Source: Clostridia bacterium
GTDB lineage: Bacteria > Bacillota > Clostridia > UMGS1810
Length of the DNA stretch: 28,707 nt
Direction of reading: 5' to 3'
Assembly (NCBI GenBank): GCA_045602585.1
Contig: JAZSBW010000228.1
Coordinates: forward strand, 1 to 28,707
This document shows positions 1-8,953 of this stretch, one piece after another; position 1 is the stretch's first letter; each line of letters opens with the position of its first letter. A program made the translations under genes and the position numbers. A model generated the notes under the pieces. It saw only the letters and a list, made by a program, of their open reading frames with translations, was not told where the DNA came from and did no database searches.

Positions 1-834
1 ATATCAATCCCGCTTGTGGCGGATATTCATTTTGACTACAAACTGGCACTTGCCTCCATCGAAAGCGGTGTGGATAAAATCCGCATTAACCCAGGCAACA
101 TCGGCTCGGAAGATGGCGTTAAAGCAGTCGCCGAAGCGGCAAAGTCGGCAGGTGTGCCCATACGCATAGGTGTAAACAGCGGCTCTGTAGAGAAAAACAT
201 TCTTGCAAAACACGGCTCGCCTACTGCGGCGGCATTGGTTGAAAGTGCCGAGGAGCATATAGGCTTGCTTACCAAATACGGCTTTGACGATATTTTGGTG
301 TCGCTCAAGGCATCAAATGTTAAAACCACTATAGAGGCTTACAGAATTTTGGCTTCCAAGTACGACTACCCTCTGCATCTGGGTGTTACCGAGGCAGGCA
401 CTTACCTTGGCGGAACTGTTAAATCCGCCATCGGAATTGGCTCGCTTTTAGCCGACGGCATTGGCGATACGTTCAGGGTATCTTTAACAGACGAGCCTGT
501 TAAAGAGGTTGTCGTTGCTCGCGAGATTTTAAAAGCGCTTAACCTAACCGACAAGGGCGCAAAACTGGTTTCGTGCCCCACGTGCGGAAGAACTAATATT
601 GACCTTATCCCCCTTGCAAAAAAGGTAGAGGAGTATCTTCTTACCGTTGACAAACCCATAACAGTTGCCGTAATGGGTTGCGCTGTAAATGGCCCCGGCG
701 AGGCTAAAGAGGCAGACATCGGCATTGCCGGCGGTAAGGGCGAGGGATTAATATTTAAAAAAGGCGAGATTATACGCAAGGTGTCCGAAAGCGAACTTTT
801 CGGCGAACTGGTTAAAGAAATAGAGAGTATGTAA
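1..834 (+). CDS. ispG: (E)-4-hydroxy-3-methylbut-2-enyl-diphosphate synthase IspG/GcpE, 5' truncated by the window edge
   Basis: Frame is open from base 1 ([13 protein letters not shown]). Motifs [36 protein letters not shown]; [4Fe-4S] ligand motifs SCPTCGRT and [11 protein letters not shown]. Confidence 0.97.
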   Translation: MSIPLVADIHFDYKLALASIESGVDKIRINPGNIGSEDGVKAVAEAAKSAGVPIRIGVNSGSVEKNILAKHGSPTAAALVESAEEHIGLLTKYGFDDILVSLKASNVKTTIEAYRILASKYDYPLHLGVTEAGTYLGGTVKSAIGIGSLLADGIGDTFRVSLTDEPVKEVVVAREILKALNLTDKGAKLVSCPTCGRTNIDLIPLAKKVEEYLLTVDKPITVAVMGCAVNGPGEAKEADIGIAGGKGEGLIFKKGEIIRKVSESELFGELVKEIESM

Positions 835-851
835 GAGAGGTTAAATATACA

Positions 852-3800
852 ATGTCACCCACCCCTATAACTATAGACGAATTATTTGCATCGGTTGACG
901 TGCCTGAGGAAATCTCGGGCGCGCGTGTTTATAATGTAAAAGCAAGCGCAACAGACCGTACGCTGGAACTTACGTTGTTTGCAGAAAAACTCCTGCCGTA
1001 TGAGATAATCGAAAATTTTAAAGAAACTGCCATGCGTGAGTGCAATCTAGCAAGCCTTATAATACGTGTTAAGTACAACGGACTTTTGCTTGCAAACATT
1101 GACCTCAGCCAATACTGGCACAACCTTATATTTTACGTAAATGCAATGGTTAAAGGCGTTACAAGCCTTTTTACTGATAGCGAATGTGCATACGAAAACG
1201 GTGTGCTTAAAATAACCTGCCGTTACGGAACTGCACTTCTGGCGGAATCCGGTTGCGACAGACTTATAGAAAAACTTATCCTTGCCCAACTGGGCGAAAC
1301 TGTAAAAGCGGAACTTATAGACGATTTTTCCGAAGACCAGTTTGAGCAGATGCAACAAGAAGCGCTTGAAAATCTGCCCGTTATAGAGGTGCATGAGGAA
1401 GTAAAAGAAGAAAAGAGTGCACCTGCTGAGGACGGCCCAATCCTTGGCAAACCTATAAAAGACGAGCCCATGCCCATTAAAGATATCAGCGAGGATATGG
1501 GGCTTGTTACCGTGTGCGGAGAGATTTTTGAGATAGACTCGCGCGAACTTCAAAGCGGTAAAACTTTATATAAATTTTTTATCGGCGATAACTCGTCTGC
1601 CTACGGTGTAACTTTATTTGCAGACAAAAAGCAACTGCCCGCCGTTAAAGCGGGAATCAAGAAAAATGCGTATCTTAAAATACGCGGCAGAGTGCGTTAC
1701 GATACATTTGCAAAAGAAAACGTGCTTATGGCTAACGATATTGAAAAAGCGAAAAAAGTTCTGCGTGAGGATAAATCCGAAGAAAAACGTATAGAACTGC
1801 ATATGCACACCAAAATGTCCACTATGGACGGTGTGTCAAACGCAAAAGACCTTATAAGTACCGCCATTCGCTGGGGGCACAAGGCGATTGCCGTTACAGA
1901 TCATGGCAACATTCAGGCATTCCCCGAGGCTATGGACACAGCAGTAAGTTTTGAACGTGATGGCTCAATCAACCATAAAATAAAGGTTATATACGGCGTT
2001 GAGGCGTATATTGTAAACGACTCTGTGCCGATAACATTCGGCGAAACTGATATGTCGTACGACGGCGACTTTGTTGTGTTCGATATTGAAACAACAGGTC
2101 TGCGTGCCGCAAGTGATGGCATTACCGAAATAGGTGCGGTTAAGGTGTCGGGCGGAAAAGTCTGCGAGGTTTTCAACACTTTTGTAAACCCCGAAAAACC
2201 TATCCCCGAAAATATCGTGCATTTAACGGGTATAACAGATGCAATGGTTGCCGACGCACCCACTGCCGACAAAGCTGTTGCTGACTTTTTAGAATTTTCA
2301 AAAGGTTGCGTCCTTGTTGCCCACAATGCTAATTTTGACACGTCTTTCATAAAAGCCGCCGCCAAAAAGCATAACCTTAACTTCAGCAATGCGTACATAG
2401 ATACGCTTGAACTTTCACGTACACTTGTAAAAGACCTTAAAAATCATAAATTAAATACACTTACAAAGCATTTTGATATCAAACTTGAAAATCACCACCG
2501 CGCGTGTGACGATGCTATGGCTACAGCAGAAGTGTTTATAAAACTGATTGAAATGCTTGCTGAAAAGGGTATTACAAAGGTTGCCGAAACAAACTCTGCC
2601 CTTGCAGGCGAAACAGATTTAAAATCACGAAAATCGTACCATGCAACACTCCTTGTTCGTGATTATAAGGGGTTATATAACCTCTATCAACTTATATCAA
2701 AATCGTGTATGGACCACTTCTACAAACGCCCGATTATGCCGAAAAGTTTAATTGAAAAGCACAGAGAGGGCTTACTCGTCGGCTCTGCGTGCGAGGCGGG
2801 CGAACTTTACCGCGCCGTGCTGGAATCTTCGGGTGACGATAAGGAAAAAATAAGTGATATCGTACGTTTTTACGATTATCTTGAAATCCAGCCGCTTGGC
2901 AACAACAAGTTTATGATTGCCAACGGAACAGTTTCAAGTGACGAGGATTTAAAATATATAAACAAAAAGATAGTTGACCTTGCAAAAGAAAACGGCAAAC
3001 TTATAGTTGCCGCAGGTGACGTACACTTTTTAAATCCTGAGGACGAGGTATACAGACGTATTCTTATGGCTGGCAAAGGCTTTTCCGATGCTGACGACCA
3101 AGCGCCCCTGTACCTGCGTACAACAGACGAGATGCTTGCCGAGTTTGACTATTTAGGCGACGACCTTGCGCACGAACTCGTTATTGATAATCCTGAAAAA
3201 ATAGCCGATATGGTAGAGTACATTCTGCCAATTCCTACAGAAACGGCACCGCCTATTATTGATGGGTCTGACGACGAACTGCGTGAGATGACATATGAAA
3301 AAGCAAAATCCATCTACGGTGACCCTCTGCCCGACATAGTAAAGGACAGAATAGACGTTGAACTTTCGTCCATTATCGACAACGGCTACAGCGTTATGTA
3401 TATCATTGCGCAGAAACTCGTTAAAAAATCTAATTCCGACGGATATCTGGTTGGTTCACGAGGTTCGGTAGGCTCGTCGTTGGTTGCATTTTTCTCTGGC
3501 ATTACAGAGGTAAACTCGCTTCCGCCACACCACGTATGCCCCAATTGTAAATATTCCGAGTTTATCACCGACGGTTCTATCGGTTCGGGTTTTGACCTTA
3601 AAGACAAAGTCTGCCCCGAATGCGGAACTGTTATGAAAAACGACGGTCACGATATCCCCTTTGAAACATTCCTTGGTTTCGGCGGAGGTAAAGAGCCTGA
3701 TATCGACCTTAACTTCTCGGGCGAATATCAGGGTAAAATCCACAAATACACGGAAGAAATCTTTGGCGAAGGCTTCGTTTTCCGTGCAGGTACTATCGGT

Positions 3801-5117
3801 ACTGTTGCGGATAAAACTGCTTTCGGCTACGTTAAAAAATATTTTGAAGAACGCGGTCAGTTTGTAACAAAGGCAGAGATTGCACGTCTTGTGCGTGGCT
3901 GTACGGGTGTTAAAAACACCACCGGTCAGCACGCAGGCGGTCTTATGATAGTCCCCCGTACACGCAATGTGCACGAGTTTACGCCTATCCAGTACCCTGC
4001 CGACAAAGCCGACAGCGGTGTTATAACAACACACTTTGACTACCACTCAATTTCGGGTAAACTTTTAAAACTTGACTTGCTCGGCCACGACGACCCTACG
4101 GTTATACGTATGCTTGAAGACCTTACGGGCATTGACGCTAAAACAATCCCTGCAGGCGACCCCGAAACTATGAGCCTTTTCAAATCCACCGATGCGCTCG
4201 GCGTTACACCTGAGGCAATCAACAGTAAAGTCGGCACGTATGCCGTGCCTGAGTTCGGTACGCATTTCGTACGCCAGATGCTTGTGGAAACCGAGCCGAC
4301 TACTTTCTCGGAGTTGGTGCGCATTTCAGGTCTTTCACACGGAACAGACGTTTGGACAAACAACGCACAGGATTTGGTGCGTGCAGGAACTGTTACGCTT
4401 AAAGAGGCTATCTGTACACGCGACGATATTATGCTCTACCTTATACAGAAAGGTGTTGCGCCAAAGTCTGCATTTAAAATAATGGAGATGGTGCGTAAGG
4501 GAAAAGGATTAACTGAAGAGTACGAAGCCGAAATGCGTGAAGCCAACGTGCCCGAATGGTACATTAAATCGTGTAAAACAATCAAGTATATGTTCCCCAA
4601 AGCACACGCAGTTGCGTACGTTACTATGGCATACAGAATAGCGTGGTTTAAGGTGCATTATCCGATTGAATTCTATATGGCGTACTTTACTGTGCGCGCA
4701 GACGTGTTTGATGCACTCACTATGGCGCAGGGCCACGAAAAGGTTAAACAGACCTTGCGTGAATACGAAGAACGCGGCAAAGACATATCCGCAAAAGACA
4801 AGGGTGTTATAACTATTTTAGAGGTATGTAATGAGATGTACGCGCGCGGAATAGAGTTTTTACCAATAAGCATATTTACATCGCACGCATACAAGTTTCA
4901 GAAAGTAGACGGCAAAATTTTACCGCCGCTGAACGCCATTCCAGGACTAGGCACAAGTGCGGCAGAGTCGATTGTAGAAGCACGTGACGAGGCTGAGTTT
5001 ACGTCTATAGAGGATATTGTTCAGCGTTCCAAAGCCAATAAAACTGTTTTAGATGTTATGAAAAGTATGGGCGCTATGGGCGATTTGCCTGAAAGCAGCC
5101 AGATGAGTTTCTTTTGA
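852..5117 (+). CDS. polC: DNA polymerase III PolC-type alpha subunit
   Basis: 1421 aa. PHP domain (ELHMHTKMS, AVTDHG) with inserted DEDDh exonuclease (VFDIETTG, HNANFD, HHRACDDA), GSRGSVGSS, Zn-finger CPNC/CPEC, catalytic PDIDLNFSG, YMFPKAHA. Confidence 0.98.
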   Translation: MSPTPITIDELFASVDVPEEISGARVYNVKASATDRTLELTLFAEKLLPYEIIENFKETAMRECNLASLIIRVKYNGLLLANIDLSQYWHNLIFYVNAMVKGVTSLFTDSECAYENGVLKITCRYGTALLAESGCDRLIEKLILAQLGETVKAELIDDFSEDQFEQMQQEALENLPVIEVHEEVKEEKSAPAEDGPILGKPIKDEPMPIKDISEDMGLVTVCGEIFEIDSRELQSGKTLYKFFIGDNSSAYGVTLFADKKQLPAVKAGIKKNAYLKIRGRVRYDTFAKENVLMANDIEKAKKVLREDKSEEKRIELHMHTKMSTMDGVSNAKDLISTAIRWGHKAIAVTDHGNIQAFPEAMDTAVSFERDGSINHKIKVIYGVEAYIVNDSVPITFGETDMSYDGDFVVFDIETTGLRAASDGITEIGAVKVSGGKVCEVFNTFVNPEKPIPENIVHLTGITDAMVADAPTADKAVADFLEFSKGCVLVAHNANFDTSFIKAAAKKHNLNFSNAYIDTLELSRTLVKDLKNHKLNTLTKHFDIKLENHHRACDDAMATAEVFIKLIEMLAEKGITKVAETNSALAGETDLKSRKSYHATLLVRDYKGLYNLYQLISKSCMDHFYKRPIMPKSLIEKHREGLLVGSACEAGELYRAVLESSGDDKEKISDIVRFYDYLEIQPLGNNKFMIANGTVSSDEDLKYINKKIVDLAKENGKLIVAAGDVHFLNPEDEVYRRILMAGKGFSDADDQAPLYLRTTDEMLAEFDYLGDDLAHELVIDNPEKIADMVEYILPIPTETAPPIIDGSDDELREMTYEKAKSIYGDPLPDIVKDRIDVELSSIIDNGYSVMYIIAQKLVKKSNSDGYLVGSRGSVGSSLVAFFSGITEVNSLPPHHVCPNCKYSEFITDGSIGSGFDLKDKVCPECGTVMKNDGHDIPFETFLGFGGGKEPDIDLNFSGEYQGKIHKYTEEIFGEGFVFRAGTIGTVADKTAFGYVKKYFEERGQFVTKAEIARLVRGCTGVKNTTGQHAGGLMIVPRTRNVHEFTPIQYPADKADSGVITTHFDYHSISGKLLKLDLLGHDDPTVIRMLEDLTGIDAKTIPAGDPETMSLFKSTDALGVTPEAINSKVGTYAVPEFGTHFVRQMLVETEPTTFSELVRISGLSHGTDVWTNNAQDLVRAGTVTLKEAICTRDDIMLYLIQKGVAPKSAFKIMEMVRKGKGLTEEYEAEMREANVPEWYIKSCKTIKYMFPKAHAVAYVTMAYRIAWFKVHYPIEFYMAYFTVRADVFDALTMAQGHEKVKQTLREYEERGKDISAKDKGVITILEVCNEMYARGIEFLPISIFTSHAYKFQKVDGKILPPLNAIPGLGTSAAESIVEARDEAEFTSIEDIVQRSKANKTVLDVMKSMGAMGDLPESSQMSFF

Positions 5118-5130
5118 TACGGTGATTAAT

Positions 5131-6030
5131 ATGATAGAAATTATCTGCACAGAAGGCGGAGTCCGCCTTGACAAATACATTAATATAGAAGACTTTTCAC
5201 GTTCACGCATACAAAAACTTATTGACGACGGTTTTGTGCTTGTAAACGGCGAAGTTGCAAAAGCAAGGGACAAGGTCAAAGTCGGTGACGTTATCTGCAT
5301 AGACGTGCCCGAGGCTATCCCGTTAGATGCTCAGCCTGAGGATATTCCGCTTGACATTGTTTTTGAGGACGAGCATATGCTGGTTATCAACAAACCTCAG
5401 GGGATGGTGGTGCACGCGGGTGCAGGTAACTACAGCGGTACACTTGTAAATGCGCTTTTGCATCATTGTGGGGAAAGTTTGTCGGGTATAGGCGGAGTGG
5501 CTCGCCCCGGAATAGTGCACAGAATAGACAAAGAAACTTCGGGGCTTTTGCTCGTTGCGAAAACCGACCTTGCGCACACATCGCTTTCTGCACAGATTAA
5601 AGACAAAACCGCCAATCGTGAGTACATCTGCATAACAAGCGGTAATATGACTGTGCTGAAAGGCAAAATAGACGCACCCATCGGCAGACACCCTGCTGTG
5701 CGCACCAAAATGGCGGTTACATCTAAAAATTCTAAGAATGCAGTTACGCATTTTACTGTTACAGAGCAATTAAACGACGCTTCCGTTGTAGAGTGCAGGC
5801 TCGAAACCGGCAGAACGCACCAGATACGTGTGCATCTGGCATACATCGGTCACCCTATCCTTGGTGATAATGTGTACGGCGCTAAAACCAATCCGTACGG
5901 ACTTAGCGGTCAGGCATTGCATGCAATGCGCATATCGTTTAACCACCCTGTAACGGGCGAGCGTATGTCGTTTTACAAAGAACCGCCTGAGTACTTTAAT
6001 AAACTGATAGAAAATTTAAAAAGAGGTTGA
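5131..6030 (+). CDS. rluD: RluA/RluD-family 23S rRNA pseudouridine synthase
   Basis: N-terminal S4 domain (RLDKY..SRSRIQKLI), catalytic GIVHRIDKETSGLL, LETGRTHQIRVH, GHPILGD. ATG 5131 is preferred over GTG 5122 because the GGTGA SD overlaps the GTG. Confidence 0.93.
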   Translation: MIEIICTEGGVRLDKYINIEDFSRSRIQKLIDDGFVLVNGEVAKARDKVKVGDVICIDVPEAIPLDAQPEDIPLDIVFEDEHMLVINKPQGMVVHAGAGNYSGTLVNALLHHCGESLSGIGGVARPGIVHRIDKETSGLLLVAKTDLAHTSLSAQIKDKTANREYICITSGNMTVLKGKIDAPIGRHPAVRTKMAVTSKNSKNAVTHFTVTEQLNDASVVECRLETGRTHQIRVHLAYIGHPILGDNVYGAKTNPYGLSGQALHAMRISFNHPVTGERMSFYKEPPEYFNKLIENLKRG

Positions 6031-6042
6031 TACCTCTTTTTT
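6018..6042 (+). terminator. Intrinsic terminator after rluD
   Basis: AAAAAGAGG-ttgata-CCTCTTTTTT hairpin with U-tract, overlapping the stop codon. Confidence 0.75.
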
Positions 6043-6119
6043 ATTGTTAATTTTAATGTATACTGATTTTGTATATAATATAACCAAAAAATTGTCAAAA
6101 ATTTGTTACATATATACTA

Positions 6120-6148
6120 TTGCAATATATAAAAAGATATGCTATCAT
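6120..6148 (+). promoter_or_regulatory. sigmaA-type promoter of the Rrf2-rubrerythrin-ferritin cluster
   Basis: TTGCAA (6120-6125), 17 bp, TATCAT (6143-6148) with extended TG at 6140-6141. Confidence 0.65.
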
Positions 6149-6149
6149 A

Positions 6150-6174
6150 AATGTGTACCAAACAAGTCCACATT
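6150..6174. promoter_or_regulatory. Putative Rrf2 operator (25-bp dyad)
   Basis: AATGTGtAC-caaacaa-GTcCACATT, an imperfect inverted repeat between the -10 box and the GGAGG SD. Confidence 0.6.
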
Positions 6175-6184
6175 GGAGGAACTT

Positions 6185-6598
6185 ATGAAAATCACCAGAG
6201 AATGTGATTATGCAATCAGGATAACTCTTATGCTGAGTGCTCTTGAAGACGGAGCAATAGCCGACGCAAGGACAATTTCTGAAACTCAATGCGTGCCTAA
6301 GCAGTTTACACTTAAAATCCTGCGCGAACTTATGGCGGCAGGGTATGTAAAGTCGTTTAAAGGCGCATACGGCGGTTATTGTATGAATGTTGCACCTGAA
6401 AGTATTACTCTTCTTGATGTTATCACGGCTATTGACGGTAAGATAGCAGTAAACGAGTGTTTGGAGTGCGGCAACCAATGCAATCGTGTGGCAAATATGG
6501 CAGACTGCCCCGTTCACAGACAGATGCACTCGCTAAACACTATGATAACCGACACACTTTCAGGCATAACTTTTGCAAAGTTGGTTGCTGATTGTTAA
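6185..6598 (+). CDS. Rrf2-family transcriptional regulator, probably Fe-S binding
   Basis: MKITRECDYAIR N-terminus, winged HTH with KSFKGAYGGY wing, ITLLDVITAIDG, Cys at 92/95/99/108 and His111. The GGAGG SD precedes ATG 6185, so the 6044 ORF-track start is too long. Confidence 0.92.
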   Translation: MKITRECDYAIRITLMLSALEDGAIADARTISETQCVPKQFTLKILRELMAAGYVKSFKGAYGGYCMNVAPESITLLDVITAIDGKIAVNECLECGNQCNRVANMADCPVHRQMHSLNTMITDTLSGITFAKLVADC

Positions 6599-6640
6599 AG
6601 AAATAAAAATAAAATTTTATTATAAAAGGAGAAATTGATT

Positions 6641-7225
6641 ATGAAATTTGTATGTTCAGTTTGCGGTTATGTTCACGAGGGAGATGCTGCTCCCGAAAAA
6701 TGCCCCGTATGTAAAGTACCTGCTGAAAAATTTAACGTAATGCAGGAAGGCGCTGCCCTTGCAGCAGAGCACGAGTACGGCGTTTATGGTAAAACCGTTA
6801 AAAATAACCCCGACATCAGCGAAGAAGATAAAAAATATATCTTTGAACAACTTATGGCTAACTTTAACGGCGAATGTGCTGAGGTTGGTATGTATCTGTG
6901 TATGGCAAGAATCGCTCACAGAGAGGGTTACCCCGAAGTTGGTCTTTACTGGGAAAAAGCTGCTTATGAAGAGGCTGAGCACGCTGCTAAATTTGCTGAA
7001 CTCCTCGGTGAGGACTTAGAACCTAATATGAAAGCCACAACAAAAGACAACCTTAAATGGAGAGTTGATTGCGAATACGGTGCAACTCAGGGTAAATTTG
7101 ACCTTGCAAGTTGTGCTAAGAAAAACGGACTTGATGCAATCCACGATACAGTTCACGAAATGGCTCGCGATGAGGCTCGACACGGAAAAGGTCTTGAAGG
7201 TCTTTTGAAGAGATATTTCGGATAA
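6641..7225 (+). CDS. rbr: Reverse rubrerythrin (NADH peroxidase, Rbr3-type)
   Basis: N-terminal rubredoxin-like CSVCGY..CPVCK followed by a ferritin-like diiron domain (GECAEVG, EEAEH, DEARH). SD AAGGAG precedes ATG 6641. Confidence 0.93.
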   Translation: MKFVCSVCGYVHEGDAAPEKCPVCKVPAEKFNVMQEGAALAAEHEYGVYGKTVKNNPDISEEDKKYIFEQLMANFNGECAEVGMYLCMARIAHREGYPEVGLYWEKAAYEEAEHAAKFAELLGEDLEPNMKATTKDNLKWRVDCEYGATQGKFDLASCAKKNGLDAIHDTVHEMARDEARHGKGLEGLLKRYFG

Positions 7226-7233
7226 TATATTTT

Positions 7234-7263
7234 AGGGTTGCCTCAAAAGAGGTGGCCCTTTTT
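7234..7263 (+). terminator. Probable weak intrinsic terminator between rbr and ferritin
   Basis: AGGGTTGCCTC-aaaa-GAGGTGGCCCT-TTTTT, with three consecutive G-U pairs in the stem. Confidence 0.6.
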
Positions 7264-7286
7264 CTAAAATAAAGGAGGTTGTTATA

Positions 7287-7796
7287 ATGGATTTAAAAGT
7301 TTCAAAATTACTTAACGAACAGATTGCCAAAGAATTATACTCGGCATATCTTTATCTTGATTTTTCAATTTTTTATGAGGCTCAGGGCCTTGACGGCTTT
7401 GCAAACTGGTATATGATTCAGGCTCAGGAAGAACGTGACCATGCAATGCTTTTCCTTAAATATCTTCAGATGGGCGGCGAAAAGGTTACGCTTGAGGCTA
7501 TCGAAAAGCCTGACAAAGTTTTAAACGAACTTATGGACCCGTTAAAATTCGGTTTAGAGCACGAACAGTACGTAACCAGCCTTATAAATGATATATATGC
7601 GGCCGCATACGATGTAAAAGATTTCAGAACAATGCAGTTTTTGGATTGGTTTGTAAAAGAACAACTTGAAGAAGAGAAAAATGCTGACGATATGATTAAA
7701 AAGATGGAACTTTTCGGTAATGATTCTAAAGGTTTGTATTCGCTCGACAGTGAGTACGCCGCAAGAGTTTATAGCGCTCCGTCGTTAGTACTTTAA
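7287..7796 (+). CDS. ftnA: Non-heme ferritin
   Basis: LNEQIAKELYSAYLY, QAQEERDHA, LEHEQYVT, FLDWFVKEQLEEE ferroxidase motifs; strong AAGGAGG SD. Confidence 0.95.
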   Translation: MDLKVSKLLNEQIAKELYSAYLYLDFSIFYEAQGLDGFANWYMIQAQEERDHAMLFLKYLQMGGEKVTLEAIEKPDKVLNELMDPLKFGLEHEQYVTSLINDIYAAAYDVKDFRTMQFLDWFVKEQLEEEKNADDMIKKMELFGNDSKGLYSLDSEYAARVYSAPSLVL

Positions 7797-7803
7797 AATT
7801 TTT

Positions 7804-7842
7804 AAAATCAGGCTGTCCGTTTAGGACGGCTTGATTTTTTTT
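7804..7842 (+). terminator. Intrinsic terminator after ferritin
   Basis: AAAATCAGGCTGTCC / GGACGGCTTGATTTT hairpin followed by a long U-tract. Confidence 0.8.
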
Positions 7843-7882
7843 ATATACGGTGGTATACTTTTGTCTGTAAGGGGTGACCGAC

Positions 7883-8842
7883 TTGATTAAAAAACCGATT
7901 TTATGGATAGTAATTCCGTGCTATAACGAAGAGGCAGTTCTGCCTATAACGGCACCGGCGTTTTTAAAAAAACTGACTGACCTTATAAATGCAGATAAAA
8001 TAAGTGACGAAAGCAGAATTTTGTTTGTAAACGATGGCTCTAAAGATGCAACGTGGGATATTATTAAAACCCTGTCAAGCGAAAATCCGCACTATATAGG
8101 AATCTGCCAAAGCAGAAACAGAGGACATCAGAACGCTGTGCTTGCAGGGCTTATGGAGGCAAAAGATAGGTGCGATATAACCATTTCCATAGACTGTGAC
8201 GGTCAGGACGACATAAACGCAATGGACAAAATGGTGGATGCCTACCTTGACGGATGTGACGTTGTTTACGGAGTGCGCTCCAGCCGAGAAACCGATACTT
8301 TCTTCAAACGCTTTACTGCGCAGAGTTTTTATAAACTTTTAAATGCAATGGGTGCAGAGATTGTCTACAACCACGCAGATTACAGACTTATAAGCGCAAG
8401 GGCTTTAAAAGAGTTTGCGTCGTTTAAGGAAGTTAATATATTTTTGCGCGGACTTATTCCGCTTGTAGGTTTTAAAAGTACGTCGGTTGAGTACGCGCGC
8501 AACGAGCGTTTAGCCGGCAAAAGCCACTATCCGCTTTCTAAAATGCTGTCGCTTGCATTTGACGGCATAACCAGTTTATCCGTAAAACCAATCCGCCTGA
8601 TAACAGGTTTTGGCGTGTTTGTTGCGGCAGTGAGTTTTATAATCGCTGTCTGGGCGGTTGTAAGCGCACTGTGCGGAAATACCGTTGCCGGTTGGGCAAG
8701 TATGACGAGCATTATCGGTTTTATGTCGGGCGTACAGCTTATATCTATCGGTGTAATCGGCGAGTATATCGGTAAAATCTACCTTGAAACAAAGCAAAGA
8801 CCAAGGTATATTATAAGCGAACGCACATGGGAAGAAGAATGA
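7883..8842 (+). CDS. GT2 glycosyltransferase, GtrB/YkoT-like polyprenol-phosphate glycosyltransferase
   Basis: IVIPCYNEE, FVNDGSKD, SRNRGHQNA, DCDGQD, VVYGVR, R..GKSHY and two C-terminal TM helices. TTG 7883 fits the GGGGTG SD better than GTG 7874. Confidence 0.88.
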   Translation: MIKKPILWIVIPCYNEEAVLPITAPAFLKKLTDLINADKISDESRILFVNDGSKDATWDIIKTLSSENPHYIGICQSRNRGHQNAVLAGLMEAKDRCDITISIDCDGQDDINAMDKMVDAYLDGCDVVYGVRSSRETDTFFKRFTAQSFYKLLNAMGAEIVYNHADYRLISARALKEFASFKEVNIFLRGLIPLVGFKSTSVEYARNERLAGKSHYPLSKMLSLAFDGITSLSVKPIRLITGFGVFVAAVSFIIAVWAVVSALCGNTVAGWASMTSIIGFMSGVQLISIGVIGEYIGKIYLETKQRPRYIISERTWEEE

Positions 8843-8863
8843 TTCTGTTGTTTATCTTTAAAA

Positions 8864-8915
8864 CAAACCGCATATTTCTTGCTTGACGATATTTAGGCAA
8901 GAAATATGCGGTTTG
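8864..8915. terminator. Long perfect inverted repeat between convergent GT2 and hydF, probable bidirectional terminator
   Basis: CAAACCGCATATTTCTTGC (8864-8882) and its exact reverse complement (8897-8915), 14-nt loop. Confidence 0.7.
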
Positions 8916-8953
8916 CTTATCAGATTTTTTCTATAAAAACTGAACAGTTCTTT

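Noticed and set aside
852-5117. Intein or frameshift in polC
   Set aside because: Length and domain order are typical for PolC; no splicing motifs or interruptions were seen.
4-6030. Many antisense and alternate-frame ORFs of 60-200 aa over ispG, polC and rluD
   Set aside because: They are shadows of well-supported genes, with no SD, promoter or recognisable motifs.
6044-6184. 47-aa N-terminal extension of the Rrf2 ORF given in the track
   Set aside because: It spans the terminator-adjacent AT-rich gap, promoter and operator; the SD supports ATG 6185.
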